Shown here one piece after another: positions 19,727 through 30,258 of a stretch of 64,000 nucleotides of DNA (its first letter is position 1; each line of letters begins with the position of its first letter). Location of the stretch: positions 159,880-223,879 of the IMG/VR virus record IMGVR_UViG_3300035698_007246. One strand, given 5' to 3'. Position numbers and translations under genes: made by a program. The notes beneath the pieces are model-generated. The model worked only from the letters and a program-made list of their open reading frames with translations. It was not told the DNA's origin and made no database searches.

Positions 19727-19924
19727 TCACCCCCCTTTTACATTTTCTTCACTCTCTTCTATTGTTTCTTGATAATCACTGTAAGCATTAGAAATATGTC
19801 TAACCCATCTTTCAGCATCACCATAATTTCTTTTACAATAATCAATATGCAAACATTCGCAACAATAAAGAAGTGCGTTCAATTTCTTTTTTATTTTTTC
19901 ATCACCAGTCATTTTATTCTCCAA
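19727..19924 (-). CDS. Hypothetical protein
   Basis: Small ORF in operon. Confidence 0.5.
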   Translation of the reverse strand: MENKMTGDEKIKKKLNALLYCCECLHIDYCKRNYGDAERWVRHISNAYSDYQETIEESEENVKGG

Positions 19925-20265
19925 ATATTTAGCAATTGTTTATATTTAGGTACTCTATTTTTCAGAGGATTTTTGTTATTTTTTGGATAGGATATTGAAC
20001 TTCCATCTATATATATTGATTCACCAACACCGCAGTTATGGCAAGCGTTTTCAAAATTTCTTAATTTATAAAAACACTCACTACAATTGCGATTCTGTAG
20101 TGTTATTTCACAAGTCTTACATTCTGCATGATTATATAAATTATGCACAATTGCACATTGTTTTAAGTCATATAATGTACAATTGTCACCATCTGCAAGA
20201 TGTGCATTATCTATTAATGTTTTAACTATTGCAAGTTTTAAGTTATTTTCATTTTCTGTATTCAT
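19909..20265 (-). CDS. Hypothetical Cys-rich (putative Zn-binding) protein
   Basis: Three CxxC pairs (CKTC, CSEC, CHNC). Confidence 0.55.
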   Translation of the reverse strand: MNTENENNLKLAIVKTLIDNAHLADGDNCTLYDLKQCAIVHNLYNHAECKTCEITLQNRNCSECFYKLRNFENACHNCGVGESIYIDGSSISYPKNNKNPLKNRVPKYKQLLNIWRIK

Positions 20266-20283
20266 CGTTCAAATCCCCAAAAT

Positions 20284-20592
20284 TTAATTTGTATTATCCA
20301 CAATACAATGTTTTAAAGACATCAAAAAAATGTCACCAATGTCTAACTCCTCATGTATTAATAATTTAATATATTTAAATTGACACTCACTATCCATTAT
20401 TGACACAATACCATTTTCAATTTTTGCAATACATATTATTGATTGTATAAAACATTCAAGTCCGAAATTTTTAAAATCATTTTTAATATTATTAATTTTG
20501 TTATAAATAGAAATTGCACTATCGACTGAATCTGTTTTAATAACTTGACAATTTTTATATTTTAAATCACTAATTAAATATTTATTATCCAT
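20284..20592 (-). CDS. Hypothetical protein
   Basis: ORF directly downstream of fcl. Confidence 0.5.
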   Translation of the reverse strand: MDNKYLISDLKYKNCQVIKTDSVDSAISIYNKINNIKNDFKNFGLECFIQSIICIAKIENGIVSIMDSECQFKYIKLLIHEELDIGDIFLMSLKHCIVDNTN

Positions 20593-20593
20593 T

Positions 20594-21532
20594 TTACATT
20601 TTCCTTACACGACCGGCTTTAAAGTGTTCGTATGTTTTTTTAATTCCATCACACAATTCAGTTCTATATTTCCACCCAACCGATTTCAATTTAGAAACAT
20701 CAAGTAATTTACGTGGTGTACCATCAGGTTTTGATGTATCAAACACCAATTCACCATCATACCCAACAACATCTTTAATCATGAGAGCAACATCTTTTAT
20801 CGAAATATCAATCCCAGTTCCTATATTTATAATTTCAGATTCATCATAATTATTCATCAGATAAACACATGCATCTGCAAGGTCATCAGCATATAAGAAT
20901 TCTCTTTTTGGTGAACCACTACCCCATATTTCAACACGTTTTGCCCCAGATTCCTTAGCCTCATGAAATTTTCTTATCAGTGCAGGTAGGACATGGGAAT
21001 TTTCCAAATCATAATTATCATTTTCCCCATATAAATTTGTTGGCATTACAGAAATAAAATTAGTACCAAATTGTTTGTTATATGATTGACACATTTTAAT
21101 ACCTGCAAGTTTAGACATTGCATATGCGTCATTAGTTGGTTCCAATGGTCCAGTCATAAATTGGTCTTCATTGATTGGTTGTTTTGACAGTTTAGGGTAA
21201 ATGCAAGATGAACCAAGATATAGTAATTTTTTCACACCATATTCATGAGAAGCATTAATAACATTACATCCAATTTGTAAATTCTTAAAAATGAATTCCC
21301 CAGGATGATTTCTATTATCAATTATACCACCAACACGAGCCGCTGCTAAAAATACATACTCTGGTCTATTATCATCAAAAAACCTATACGTGTCATGCTG
21401 TAAAATCAAATTCATCTTTTCACGTACACTCCAAAGTAAATTGTTATACCCTTGTCTTTTCAGTTCTCGAACTATTGCAGACCCAACAAGACCATTATGT
21501 CCAGCAATATAAATCAAACTATCTTTTTTCAT
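20594..21532 (-). CDS. fcl: GDP-L-fucose synthase
   Basis: [76 protein letters not shown]. Confidence 0.95.
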   Translation of the reverse strand: MKKDSLIYIAGHNGLVGSAIVRELKRQGYNNLLWSVREKMNLILQHDTYRFFDDNRPEYVFLAAARVGGIIDNRNHPGEFIFKNLQIGCNVINASHEYGVKKLLYLGSSCIYPKLSKQPINEDQFMTGPLEPTNDAYAMSKLAGIKMCQSYNKQFGTNFISVMPTNLYGENDNYDLENSHVLPALIRKFHEAKESGAKRVEIWGSGSPKREFLYADDLADACVYLMNNYDESEIINIGTGIDISIKDVALMIKDVVGYDGELVFDTSKPDGTPRKLLDVSKLKSVGWKYRTELCDGIKKTYEHFKAGRVRKM

Positions 21533-21549
21533 TTGTTCAATACCTTGTG

Positions 21550-22605
21550 TTAATTGTTATTATTAGCTTTATCATAAAGCCTAACAAGAATGTTATATAT
21601 TTCTTCTTTATCGTGTTCACTTAAACCCAATGCCTCAACATATCCCTTGATTAAATCAGGAATAGATGATATATTGATTTTTTGATTTTTTATATCAAGT
21701 TCTGACTCAAGTTCAGTTGTGTCAATATAAAATGGTGTAATTTTGATGGGATTATACTTTTCAATATCCTCGATATATTTTGTGTATTCCTCTGGGGAAT
21801 ATGTTTCATGGTCATACATTATATTTACATCAATTTTATTATTCTCAATCATTTCTTGTGAGAAATCATCTGGATAATTCAATGCAACAAATTTTGTTGA
21901 TACATTATTTGAAAAAAACTTATGTTTGTGTGAACGGAGATTATAAATTAAAAACCCACGTTCCTCATCAATATCAGCACGTGTTAGTTGATATGGTGTT
22001 CCAACATAGATAAATTTAGAATCACCTATATCACGAACGCTACGTGTGTGGAAATGACCAGAAAATATAGTTTTGAACTTATTTATGAATAAATCTGGAT
22101 TAATTCCATTTTTACTGGAAATGTATTTATTAAGACCAAACCCCGCAATATCAAAATGACCCATCAACACTTTTGCATTTTTACCATCAAGTATACCTGC
22201 AATTTCAGAATCATCAACAACCCAAGGTATCATTAATATTTTATCACCACAAACTAATTCCGGTTTTTCGATAAGATTGACATTTTCAAATTTCCTTAGA
22301 AATTTTAATGAATGCACTTCTGTTGTTGAGTTATAATATATATCATGATTACCAACCAACACATACACAGTGAAATCTTTTAATATCACATCAAATAAAT
22401 CATACACAGCATTTTGAATACGAGTATTCACACTGGTTCGAGAATCAAAAACATCACCTAACATAAATATCTTATCAATTTCATTTTTCTTTAAAAATGG
22501 AACTAACACTTCATTAAAAAATTTAAAACTACTTTCCAATAATTGTTCGGAATTATTTTCAAACCCAAAATGAGTATCTGTCAATAAACAAATATTATTA
22601 TTCAT
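21550..22605 (-). CDS. gp47: Mre11/SbcD-like recombination endonuclease (T4 gp47)
   Basis: DTHFG, GDVFD, GNHD, GHF, SGHFH, YVGTPY. Confidence 0.92.
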   Translation of the reverse strand: MNNNICLLTDTHFGFENNSEQLLESSFKFFNEVLVPFLKKNEIDKIFMLGDVFDSRTSVNTRIQNAVYDLFDVILKDFTVYVLVGNHDIYYNSTTEVHSLKFLRKFENVNLIEKPELVCGDKILMIPWVVDDSEIAGILDGKNAKVLMGHFDIAGFGLNKYISSKNGINPDLFINKFKTIFSGHFHTRSVRDIGDSKFIYVGTPYQLTRADIDEERGFLIYNLRSHKHKFFSNNVSTKFVALNYPDDFSQEMIENNKIDVNIMYDHETYSPEEYTKYIEDIEKYNPIKITPFYIDTTELESELDIKNQKINISSIPDLIKGYVEALGLSEHDKEEIYNILVRLYDKANNNN

Positions 22606-22607
22606 TT

Positions 22608-22967
22608 TTACATTACACCTTCATCAAAATTCTCAATAAACGATAAACTAATAAATGTATCATTAATCCTCTTTTGTTTATTGAAATATCGATTAAATGC
22701 GTTGTACGTAGTGCGTGTATAATACCCAAACGGATTTTTTGATTTATTTTCATCAAACAATGTGATGTATCGACACATATCAAGAGTCGCTTCACTCACC
22801 ATTTCATCTTTTCTGTCTTGTGTGTAATTTATAAAACTGGGTTTGTTTAATATATTTTCAGCAATGAGGATAAATATTTTCCCAAGTTTATTGTATACTT
22901 TTCTGTCTTTAGATTTTTTATATTCTATTATTAAATTTAAAAATTCCTTATTGTTAACATAGTTCAT
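22608..22967 (-). CDS. gp55: Late-transcription sigma factor (T4 gp55)
   Basis: NYVNNKEF...FINYT...DEMVSEA...FDENKSKNPFGYYT...AF. Confidence 0.85.
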   Translation of the reverse strand: MNYVNNKEFLNLIIEYKKSKDRKVYNKLGKIFILIAENILNKPSFINYTQDRKDEMVSEATLDMCRYITLFDENKSKNPFGYYTRTTYNAFNRYFNKQKRINDTFISLSFIENFDEGVM

Positions 22968-22977
22968 CCTTGCTCCG

Positions 22978-24753
22978 TTATTCTTTTAAGTGATTAATAG
23001 TCGAAAACCCATTTCCGTTTTTAGAAACTTCTAATAAAGTTTCAAATTGTGAAAAATATTCTTTTTTAAGACGATGTGAAATTATATATATTGCGAGGTG
23101 ATTTGTGTCGGTTATCATCTTTTTCATACTTTCGATAAGTTTTGCTAATCCAATTTCATCTATTGAACTGTCAAGTAATTCATCAATTGCTAATAAATTA
23201 CAATTCCAATTTGCTAATGATTTACGAATAGCAATAAAAGAGAGAAGAATGGACATATCTATCCGTTTCTTCTCCCCTTCAGAGAAACAATAATAGGAAA
23301 CATTTTCGGTTGTACTACCAAGTACTTTTATATTTTCGTTCATGAATTTGTCAAAACTAATAGTCACAGACAATTCAAATAACTTCAGATGTTCATTGAT
23401 GTTATAATTCAATATCGGAATCATCTCTTCAAAAACAAATGATTTTATACCTGTGTCTGAAAGAGCACTAACAACCAATTTACGATATCTCATATCGTCC
23501 TTCAATTGATTATTTTCCTGTACTTCACAACTATGTGTGTTTACTTTTTTTTCCAACTCATCTTTTTCATGAGAAATATCAAAATCAAATTGTCTATTCT
23601 GAATTAATTCTTTTCGATGTTCAAATTCACATATCATGTCTTGTAAATCAACTGCCTTACTACGAAGAGATGACAATTGATTCTTTTTAATCAAAATCTT
23701 ATGAACAGTTTTTTCAATTTCTTCGATATCTTCATGTATACGTTTAACCTTTTCATCCAAGACAACAACAACAACGTCATGATTCATTTTTACAGAAGTT
23801 AAACTATGAATCTGGCTATTTTTATAATCATCAGAAATCTTATGATTACAAGTCGGACATGTGTCGTGAGATGATATGAATTCAATAGTATCATTAGTGT
23901 TTCGAACACCTACTTTATGTTCTGCAATTTCTGCATTTGTTTCATCAAGTTTTTTGTGTAATTCATTTCGATTATCTTCAATTTGTATTTCTGTTTGTTT
24001 TGATAATATTTGTCCATTTTCTTTGATGTCAACTAATTTGTTTTTAATAACATTAATTTGATTATCAACATCAGCAATCTCGATACGTTTATCATATTCA
24101 AAACGATTTTCAGTATGTTCCAATTGTTTTATTCTTGCACCATCCAAATCAATAGACTGTTTGAGCATTAACAAAGATTTATCCGAAATTTCTATTTTCG
24201 GTTTCAATTCTTTAATTTCATCTTTGACAATCTTAGACATACCAGAAAATATATCAATTGAAAAAATCTGTTCAATAATCTCACGTTTTTTTGGTGTACC
24301 TAATTTTAGAAATGGTTCATTGTGATTTATTGACAATGATATAATCTGTTTGAATGTTTTATAATTAATCCCTAAAATTTTATCAATCTCATCTTGAACA
24401 AGACCTTTTGTTGATAATAATTTTATAGCAATACCATTCTTTTTGATTTCTAATAGTTTAGGTTTCAAACCACGTGTAATCGAATATGTGTTTTCGTTGA
24501 TAGTTATTATAAACGTAACTTCAAGATTCTTTTTATTTCTACGGTTAATGAGGTCATCAATTTTTATTTTACGATAAGGTTGTCCAAAAAGACAAAACGA
24601 TAGCGTATCAAGCAATGCTGATGATTTTCCTGCACCGTTATTTCCCGTGATAAGGTTCAATCCCTCGTTAAACGAGATTTTGACTTTTTTATTACCAAAT
24701 GAGAGGATGTTCCTAAACTCTCCACCCTCAAAATTTAAATTCATATATTTCAA
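22978..24753 (-). CDS. gp46: Rad50/SbcC-like ATPase (T4 gp46)
   Basis: NILSFGN, GNNGAGKS, zinc hook CPTC, FSEGEKKRID, DELLDSSID, IISH. Confidence 0.93.
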   Translation of the reverse strand: MKYMNLNFEGGEFRNILSFGNKKVKISFNEGLNLITGNNGAGKSSALLDTLSFCLFGQPYRKIKIDDLINRRNKKNLEVTFIITINENTYSITRGLKPKLLEIKKNGIAIKLLSTKGLVQDEIDKILGINYKTFKQIISLSINHNEPFLKLGTPKKREIIEQIFSIDIFSGMSKIVKDEIKELKPKIEISDKSLLMLKQSIDLDGARIKQLEHTENRFEYDKRIEIADVDNQINVIKNKLVDIKENGQILSKQTEIQIEDNRNELHKKLDETNAEIAEHKVGVRNTNDTIEFISSHDTCPTCNHKISDDYKNSQIHSLTSVKMNHDVVVVVLDEKVKRIHEDIEEIEKTVHKILIKKNQLSSLRSKAVDLQDMICEFEHRKELIQNRQFDFDISHEKDELEKKVNTHSCEVQENNQLKDDMRYRKLVVSALSDTGIKSFVFEEMIPILNYNINEHLKLFELSVTISFDKFMNENIKVLGSTTENVSYYCFSEGEKKRIDMSILLSFIAIRKSLANWNCNLLAIDELLDSSIDEIGLAKLIESMKKMITDTNHLAIYIISHRLKKEYFSQFETLLEVSKNGNGFSTINHLKE

Positions 24754-24773
24754 CTCTCCTATTCGTTAGTAAT

Positions 24774-24801
24774 AATATAATAAATTTTAAACAAAAGTCA
24801 A
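24774..24801 (-). promoter_or_regulatory. Sigma70-type early promoter upstream of gp46
   Basis: TTGACT-16 nt-TATATT in AAAACTATTGAC context. Confidence 0.55.
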
Positions 24802-24825
24802 TAGTTTTTTTATAATAATATTTAC

Positions 24826-25391
24826 AAATAATTATTAAAGTACTTGATAAAGTTTAAATATGTTCTTAAATATATTTGGACCAGGACCAATTTTAATTTA
24901 GGACCTGGTCCTTTTTTTAAAAGGTCCAAGGACCAATATAGTTAATTAATTAAATAATATATAATATATTTCACTTTATTTTTTATCAAGTACTTGAAAA
25001 AGTTTCAAACACCTAAAGTCGTTTCACTCACACGGGATTGCTAAAGCAATCCCATGTCTCGTTCCACGAAGTTGACGCTAACATAGGTTTTTGTAACAAG
25101 TATAAATAATTATTAAAGTACTTGATAAAGTTTAAATATGTTCTTAAATATATTTGGACCAGGACCAATTTTAATTTAGGACCTGGTCCTTTTTTTTAAA
25201 AGGTCCAAGGACCAATATAGTTAATTAATTAAATAATATATAATATATTTCACTTTATTTTTTATCAAGTACTTGAAAAAGTTTCAAACACCTAAAGTCG
25301 TTTCACTCACACGAGATTGCTAAAGCAATCCCATGTATCGTTCCACGAAGCTGACGCTAACATAGGTTTTTGTAACAAGTATAAATAATTA
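24826..25391. repeat. Tandem direct repeat (two 278/279-bp units) at the strand switch; candidate replication origin
   Basis: Units start at 24826 and 25104 and differ at about 4 positions; each has inverted AAGTACTTGA boxes, clustered GGACC/GGTCC, an AT-rich tract, a GATTGC-TAAA-GCAATC hairpin and a terminal TATAAATA. Confidence 0.85.
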
Positions 25392-25423
25392 CACAAAGTA
25401 TTATAAAAACATTTTGAACGGAG

Positions 25424-25840
25424 TTGTTTATGAAAAATGAACTATTTTTAGAAATTAGAAAACAAATTGATGAAGAATTAAAGATTACACCTGAAACTGT
25501 TAGAGAAAAAACTCTCAAATCACCTATGTTGTCATCAAGATATCACAATGTATTGATAAGTGAAAAACGTGTGTTAAATGGATTGGAAAGTAAAAAAAAT
25601 AAAATATTTGGAAAATTATATCAACATTACCGATATAGAAGTGAATTTGCTATATCAACAAAACTTGAAGCTGAAACTTTTATATTTTCGGATGATAAAT
25701 ATCTTGCTATAGAAGCACAATGTAAAGAACAAAAAATTATTGTAAATTATTTTGAAGAGCATATTAAAATTTTTAATAAACTTGGATTTGCATATAACAC
25801 ATATTTGGGATTTTTAAAATTAACTCAAGGTGGAGAGTAA
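25424..25840 (+). CDS. uvsY: Recombination mediator UvsY
   Basis: Helical 138 aa, SPMLSSRY...Y...FIFSDDKY; directly upstream of uvsW. Confidence 0.7.
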   Translation: MFMKNELFLEIRKQIDEELKITPETVREKTLKSPMLSSRYHNVLISEKRVLNGLESKKNKIFGKLYQHYRYRSEFAISTKLEAETFIFSDDKYLAIEAQCKEQKIIVNYFEEHIKIFNKLGFAYNTYLGFLKLTQGGE

Positions 25841-28452
25841 TGGACGATATTATTTCTATTGAAAAATATAATAATACTTATTTTAAAATACATTGTAACG
25901 AAGAGCAGACGTATGAATTGTATTCTTATTTTGAATGTTTGAGTACTGGTTATCAATTTGATGATAAATTCAGAGCAGGTCATTGGAATGGAAAGATTTC
26001 ATTTTTTAATAAAAAAGCTGGTAACTTGTTACCAATTGGATTGTTAAATAAACTTGTTGCATTTGCAAAAGAATTCCATTATCAATTAAAACTTGATTTC
26101 GATATAGAAGATTTTTATAATGATATTGAAGAGTCTCACATGAAAGAGTTTTATAACATCATATTCAACAATGTAGACCTATTCCCAAGGGATTATCAAC
26201 ACGAGTGTATATATACTGCCCTAAAGCGTAAAAGAGGCGTTATAGAGTCTGCTACGGGTTGTCATGAAAAGGGAACTAAAATATTATTAAACAGTGGTGA
26301 ATTTAAAAATGTTGAAGATATTGTTGTTGGTGATATTTTAATGGGTGTTGATGAAAAACGAACGGTTTTAAAAATTATTTCTGGTAATGAAAAAATGTTT
26401 AAAATAATTCCAAAAAAAGGTAATTCTTTTGTTGTTAATGAAAATCATATTTTACATTTAAAATTTACAAATGGACGATATAAAAAAAAATTAAAAAAGG
26501 ATTTTATTAATATTTCTGTTTCTGATTATTTAAAACAAAATAATCAATTTAAACATGAAACGAAACTTGTGTTTAACAATAAAGAACTCGTTTTTGATAA
26601 TGATTATAAAAATTCAACTAAGTTGTCACCATATTTTGTTGGGTTATATTTAGGTGATGGACATGTTCATAGATGTGGTATAACAACTATGGATAATGAA
26701 ATTATTGGAATTATAAATGAGGTTGCTAATTTATTTAATAGTGATATAACAATAAATAAAAAATTTGTATATTCTAAGGCAAAATCTTATTTTTTTACTG
26801 GATTTGGTGGCAAACAACATCCAATTATTGAAGAATTTAGAAAATTGGGTTTAAATTTTGGTGTTTCTAAAAAATTTAAAAAATGTTCATGTGGAACCAA
26901 ATTTATACCAGATGAATTTAAATATGGTTCTATTGATGAACGGTATAATATAATTGCAGGACTTATTGATAGTGACGGATATTTGGGCAAGTCATATTAT
27001 GATTTCTGTGTAAAATCTAAACAATTATGTGACGATTTTGTTTTTATATGTCGAAGTTTAGGATTTTATGTTTCATGTAAACAAAAAATTGTTAATGGTT
27101 GTGTGTATTATAGATGTTGTGTTCAAGGTGATATTGGAAAAATACCATGTAAAATTAAAAGAAAGCAATTTAAAAATGAATTAAATAGAAATAAAAGTGT
27201 GTTTGTTCATGGTTTTGATATTGAATGTGTTGGTGAAGATGATTTTTATGGTTTTTCGTTAGATGGTGACAAATTGTATTTTACTGATGATTTTTGTATT
27301 CATCATAATTCTGGGAAGTCATTGGTTATTTATTCGTTAATCCGGTTTATTATGAGTTGTGTTAAACGAAAAATATTATTGGTTGTTCCAAATGTTAGTT
27401 TAACCATGCAAATGTTTAATGATTTTTCAAAAGATTATGGTTGGGAAGGTGTTTCATCATTTGTTAGTGTGTTGCACCATAAAAGTAAACGATATGACCC
27501 AGAGAAACCAATATTGATTTCAACATGGCAATCTATTTACAAAAATGCACCAGAATTCTTTTCTCAATTTGACGCTGTTATTGTTGATGAAGTGCATTCA
27601 GCAAAATCAATTTCAATACAAACCATATTAAAACATTCAGTTAATGCTGAATATCGTATTGGTTTAACAGGGACATTACCTGAAGATGAAATTGATTTAA
27701 ATAATATTTTTGGATTTATTGGACCCAAATTGATTTCTGTCAAAAGTGAAGACTTGATTGATAAAGGTTTCTTATCAAAAATCATTATTGCTAATTTACT
27801 TTTACAATACCCAAAAGATATTATTGATGAGAATAAAAAACGGATAAAACATAAAATAAGTGGAGATACCGCACCGTACAAAGATGAATATGATTTTATC
27901 ATAAATTACCCAGAACGAAATAAAGTGTTTGATTATATAATAAAAAATATAAATACTTCTGATAATGTTTTGATTTTATGTGAGCGTATTGACCATTTAA
28001 AGTTAATTTCTGAGCATATCAATGGTTTGTGTGGTTCTTTTGGTCGGAAAATGTTTATGATACATGGGAGTGTTGACGCAAATAAGCGAGAAGAGATAAG
28101 GCAGTTTACGGAAAAAAATAATGGTGTTGTTATTGTAGCTACATATGGAACGATGTCTACAGGTGTTAATATTAAAAAATTACATCATATAATTGCAGCA
28201 AGTTCTTATAAATCTAAGATTAAAGTTCTCCAATCCATCGGTAGAGGAATGAGATTACATGATTCTAAAAATAAAATGGTTTGGTGGGATATAGTTGACG
28301 ATATGCGTTGGGAAAAACGAAAACGTAAAGACCAAAAAGATAAATACGAATATAACTATATGTTCAAACAGTTTCTCACAAGGTTAAGATATTATAATGA
28401 GCAGAATTTTAATTATTTGAATAAAACGATAAACTTAACAGAAATACAATAA
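25840..28452 (+). CDS. uvsW: UvsW SF2 helicase with intein
   Basis: PRDYQ, SATG[intein]SGKS, STWQS, VDEVH, GLTGT, STGVNIK, LQSIGRGMR. Confidence 0.93.
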   Translation: MDDIISIEKYNNTYFKIHCNEEQTYELYSYFECLSTGYQFDDKFRAGHWNGKISFFNKKAGNLLPIGLLNKLVAFAKEFHYQLKLDFDIEDFYNDIEESHMKEFYNIIFNNVDLFPRDYQHECIYTALKRKRGVIESATGCHEKGTKILLNSGEFKNVEDIVVGDILMGVDEKRTVLKIISGNEKMFKIIPKKGNSFVVNENHILHLKFTNGRYKKKLKKDFINISVSDYLKQNNQFKHETKLVFNNKELVFDNDYKNSTKLSPYFVGLYLGDGHVHRCGITTMDNEIIGIINEVANLFNSDITINKKFVYSKAKSYFFTGFGGKQHPIIEEFRKLGLNFGVSKKFKKCSCGTKFIPDEFKYGSIDERYNIIAGLIDSDGYLGKSYYDFCVKSKQLCDDFVFICRSLGFYVSCKQKIVNGCVYYRCCVQGDIGKIPCKIKRKQFKNELNRNKSVFVHGFDIECVGEDDFYGFSLDGDKLYFTDDFCIHHNSGKSLVIYSLIRFIMSCVKRKILLVVPNVSLTMQMFNDFSKDYGWEGVSSFVSVLHHKSKRYDPEKPILISTWQSIYKNAPEFFSQFDAVIVDEVHSAKSISIQTILKHSVNAEYRIGLTGTLPEDEIDLNNIFGFIGPKLISVKSEDLIDKGFLSKIIIANLLLQYPKDIIDENKKRIKHKISGDTAPYKDEYDFIINYPERNKVFDYIIKNINTSDNVLILCERIDHLKLISEHINGLCGSFGRKMFMIHGSVDANKREEIRQFTEKNNGVVIVATYGTMSTGVNIKKLHHIIAASSYKSKIKVLQSIGRGMRLHDSKNKMVWWDIVDDMRWEKRKRKDQKDKYEYNYMFKQFLTRLRYYNEQNFNYLNKTINLTEIQ
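26260..27309 (+). mobile_element. Intein (350 aa) with LAGLIDADG endonuclease in the UvsW Walker A loop
   Basis: CHEKGTKIL...NENHIL...GLYLGDG...AGLIDSDG...FYGFSLDG...IHHN|S. Confidence 0.92.
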
Positions 28453-28462
28453 GGGGTTTCTT

Positions 28463-28894
28463 ATGAGTAAACATAAAAATTATTTGGCTGAATATTCTTC
28501 AATTTGGGGTAAATCAGAGGAAGATGAAAAGACAGAAAAAATAGACGGATATGAATCTGAAGTTTATGACGATATGGAAAAAGTGGAAGATGAAATTACA
28601 GAAAATAATGATTTGTATGAGGTGTTTAGTGCAATTAATAAAGTGTTAGAAAATCCACTATACACATCAATCCAAACAATAACACCATCTATGGATGTAA
28701 ATAATGAATCACTTCATATTTATGCGGTCACTAAAGACAGTTGTCCTGAAAATGAAGGTATATTGCAACAATATGTTAAAGATTTACAGGCTGCGACTGA
28801 AAGCAAATTGAAGTTTAAAGCTCAAATTGATGAAGAGGAGTTGGATGGACTTAAAAAATTTCAAATGAGATTGATAGTAACACGTAAAAAATAA
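28463..28894 (+). CDS. Hypothetical acidic protein (possible head core protein)
   Basis: GGGG Shine-Dalgarno; N-terminus MSKHKNYLAE. Confidence 0.6.
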   Translation: MSKHKNYLAEYSSIWGKSEEDEKTEKIDGYESEVYDDMEKVEDEITENNDLYEVFSAINKVLENPLYTSIQTITPSMDVNNESLHIYAVTKDSCPENEGILQQYVKDLQAATESKLKFKAQIDEEELDGLKKFQMRLIVTRKK

Positions 28895-28904
28895 GGGGAA
28901 TATA

Positions 28905-29228
28905 ATGGAAACAAGTGATAAGATTAAAGAAATCTTAAAAACTATGGCTACATTTAATGTGGAAGAGGATTTATTTGATGATGAAGCAAGACAGGAGCTT
29001 ATTAATTATTTCTCTGAAATTGTGAATACTGAAGATGATATTGGTAAGGCTTTCTTAGGGGAAGTGATAAAACGTATGAATGACATTTTAGTTGATATGA
29101 GTATCGTAGAGGCTGAACCAACTGGTGACGACGAGTTACCCGCTGTTGAAGAACCTGTTGACGATACTAATGAAGGATATTTGTTTAAATTGGACGTTGC
29201 GGAACGTGCGAATGACTTTTTAATGTAA
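28905..29228 (+). CDS. Hypothetical acidic protein
   Basis: GGGGA Shine-Dalgarno, tight packing. Confidence 0.6.
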   Translation: METSDKIKEILKTMATFNVEEDLFDDEARQELINYFSEIVNTEDDIGKAFLGEVIKRMNDILVDMSIVEAEPTGDDELPAVEEPVDDTNEGYLFKLDVAERANDFLM

Positions 29229-29238
29229 GGAGGATATC

Positions 29239-30249
29239 GTGGGTGGATTCTTAAATTACCTTAATAAAATGGAAACTGATTTTAATTCTGATTCTGTTGA
29301 AAAAAAAGAAAAATATATAGAGCAAATTGATGTGGATGAATATTATGTTGAAGAGGAAGAACAACAAGGTATTGCTGAATCTGAATCATATGAAGATGTT
29401 TCTATATACAAAAAAAGAATGGTAAATGAATTATTTAATATGGGATTAAATAAAAATAAAATAAATGATGTAATACAAAATGTTTTTAATGAAGGATACA
29501 ATGAACGTGATGTTATGGTTGAATATACAGAGCCGCAAAGACATGTGCAACAACCACAACGCCAGTTAACGTTCAAAGAACGTATGCAGCGGATGAAACA
29601 CACTCAAAGACAACAACCCCACCAAGCACCTCCTATGAGGATGTCTGATAAGGCAAGTGATATTTTGGCAGGTGTTCCAACTGATGACCCATATTTTGCA
29701 CCAAGTGAAATGGGTGGATATAGTGGTGGTGGACAACAATACCCACCGCAACAACAAATGCATCCACCACAACAACAGCAACAATATTATGGTCAACAAC
29801 AACCTATGCCGAATTATAATAGACCGATGAGACCTCAGCAACAAATGCCACAAGGTCCACCTCCGGCACCTGCAATGCCTATGTCAACTATTAATGATTC
29901 TAATGTTGGTTCTGTTGCGGTTGCTCCTCAACAACCTATGTTAGCAATGCCTGAAGGATTTGAAAATTATAAGAGTGGGAGTTCTGAAGTGCCTATTGAA
30001 GCTCAAGTTAAAATAGCTACTGGGATAATAGTAGAACCAGTTGGTGGTTCTATTGTAACAAAACAAGCAAGACAAGGTGAAATTAAACAAGGTGAAGTAC
30101 ATACTGTGAATTTCCAACTTCCGACACAACAAGGAGTAGCAGAAAATAATTTAAATGCTATATTGGAAAAACCAACTGGACCGCCTCCGGTGGCACCAAT
30201 GATGGGTGCACTGGGTGGTGCAGCAGACCATGCTTCACAATTATTATAA
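29239..30249 (+). CDS. Hypothetical Gln/Pro-rich low-complexity protein
   Basis: GGAGG Shine-Dalgarno with GTG start; QQYPPQQQMHPPQQQQQYY tract. Confidence 0.7.
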   Translation: MGGFLNYLNKMETDFNSDSVEKKEKYIEQIDVDEYYVEEEEQQGIAESESYEDVSIYKKRMVNELFNMGLNKNKINDVIQNVFNEGYNERDVMVEYTEPQRHVQQPQRQLTFKERMQRMKHTQRQQPHQAPPMRMSDKASDILAGVPTDDPYFAPSEMGGYSGGGQQYPPQQQMHPPQQQQQYYGQQQPMPNYNRPMRPQQQMPQGPPPAPAMPMSTINDSNVGSVAVAPQQPMLAMPEGFENYKSGSSEVPIEAQVKIATGIIVEPVGGSIVTKQARQGEIKQGEVHTVNFQLPTQQGVAENNLNAILEKPTGPPPVAPMMGALGGAADHASQLL

Positions 30250-30258
30250 GGAGAAAAA

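Noticed and set aside
24826-25391. CRISPR array or pure assembly artefact
   Set aside because: No short repeat-spacer periodicity, and the two units differ at about 4 positions. An artefact is less likely but needs long reads to exclude.
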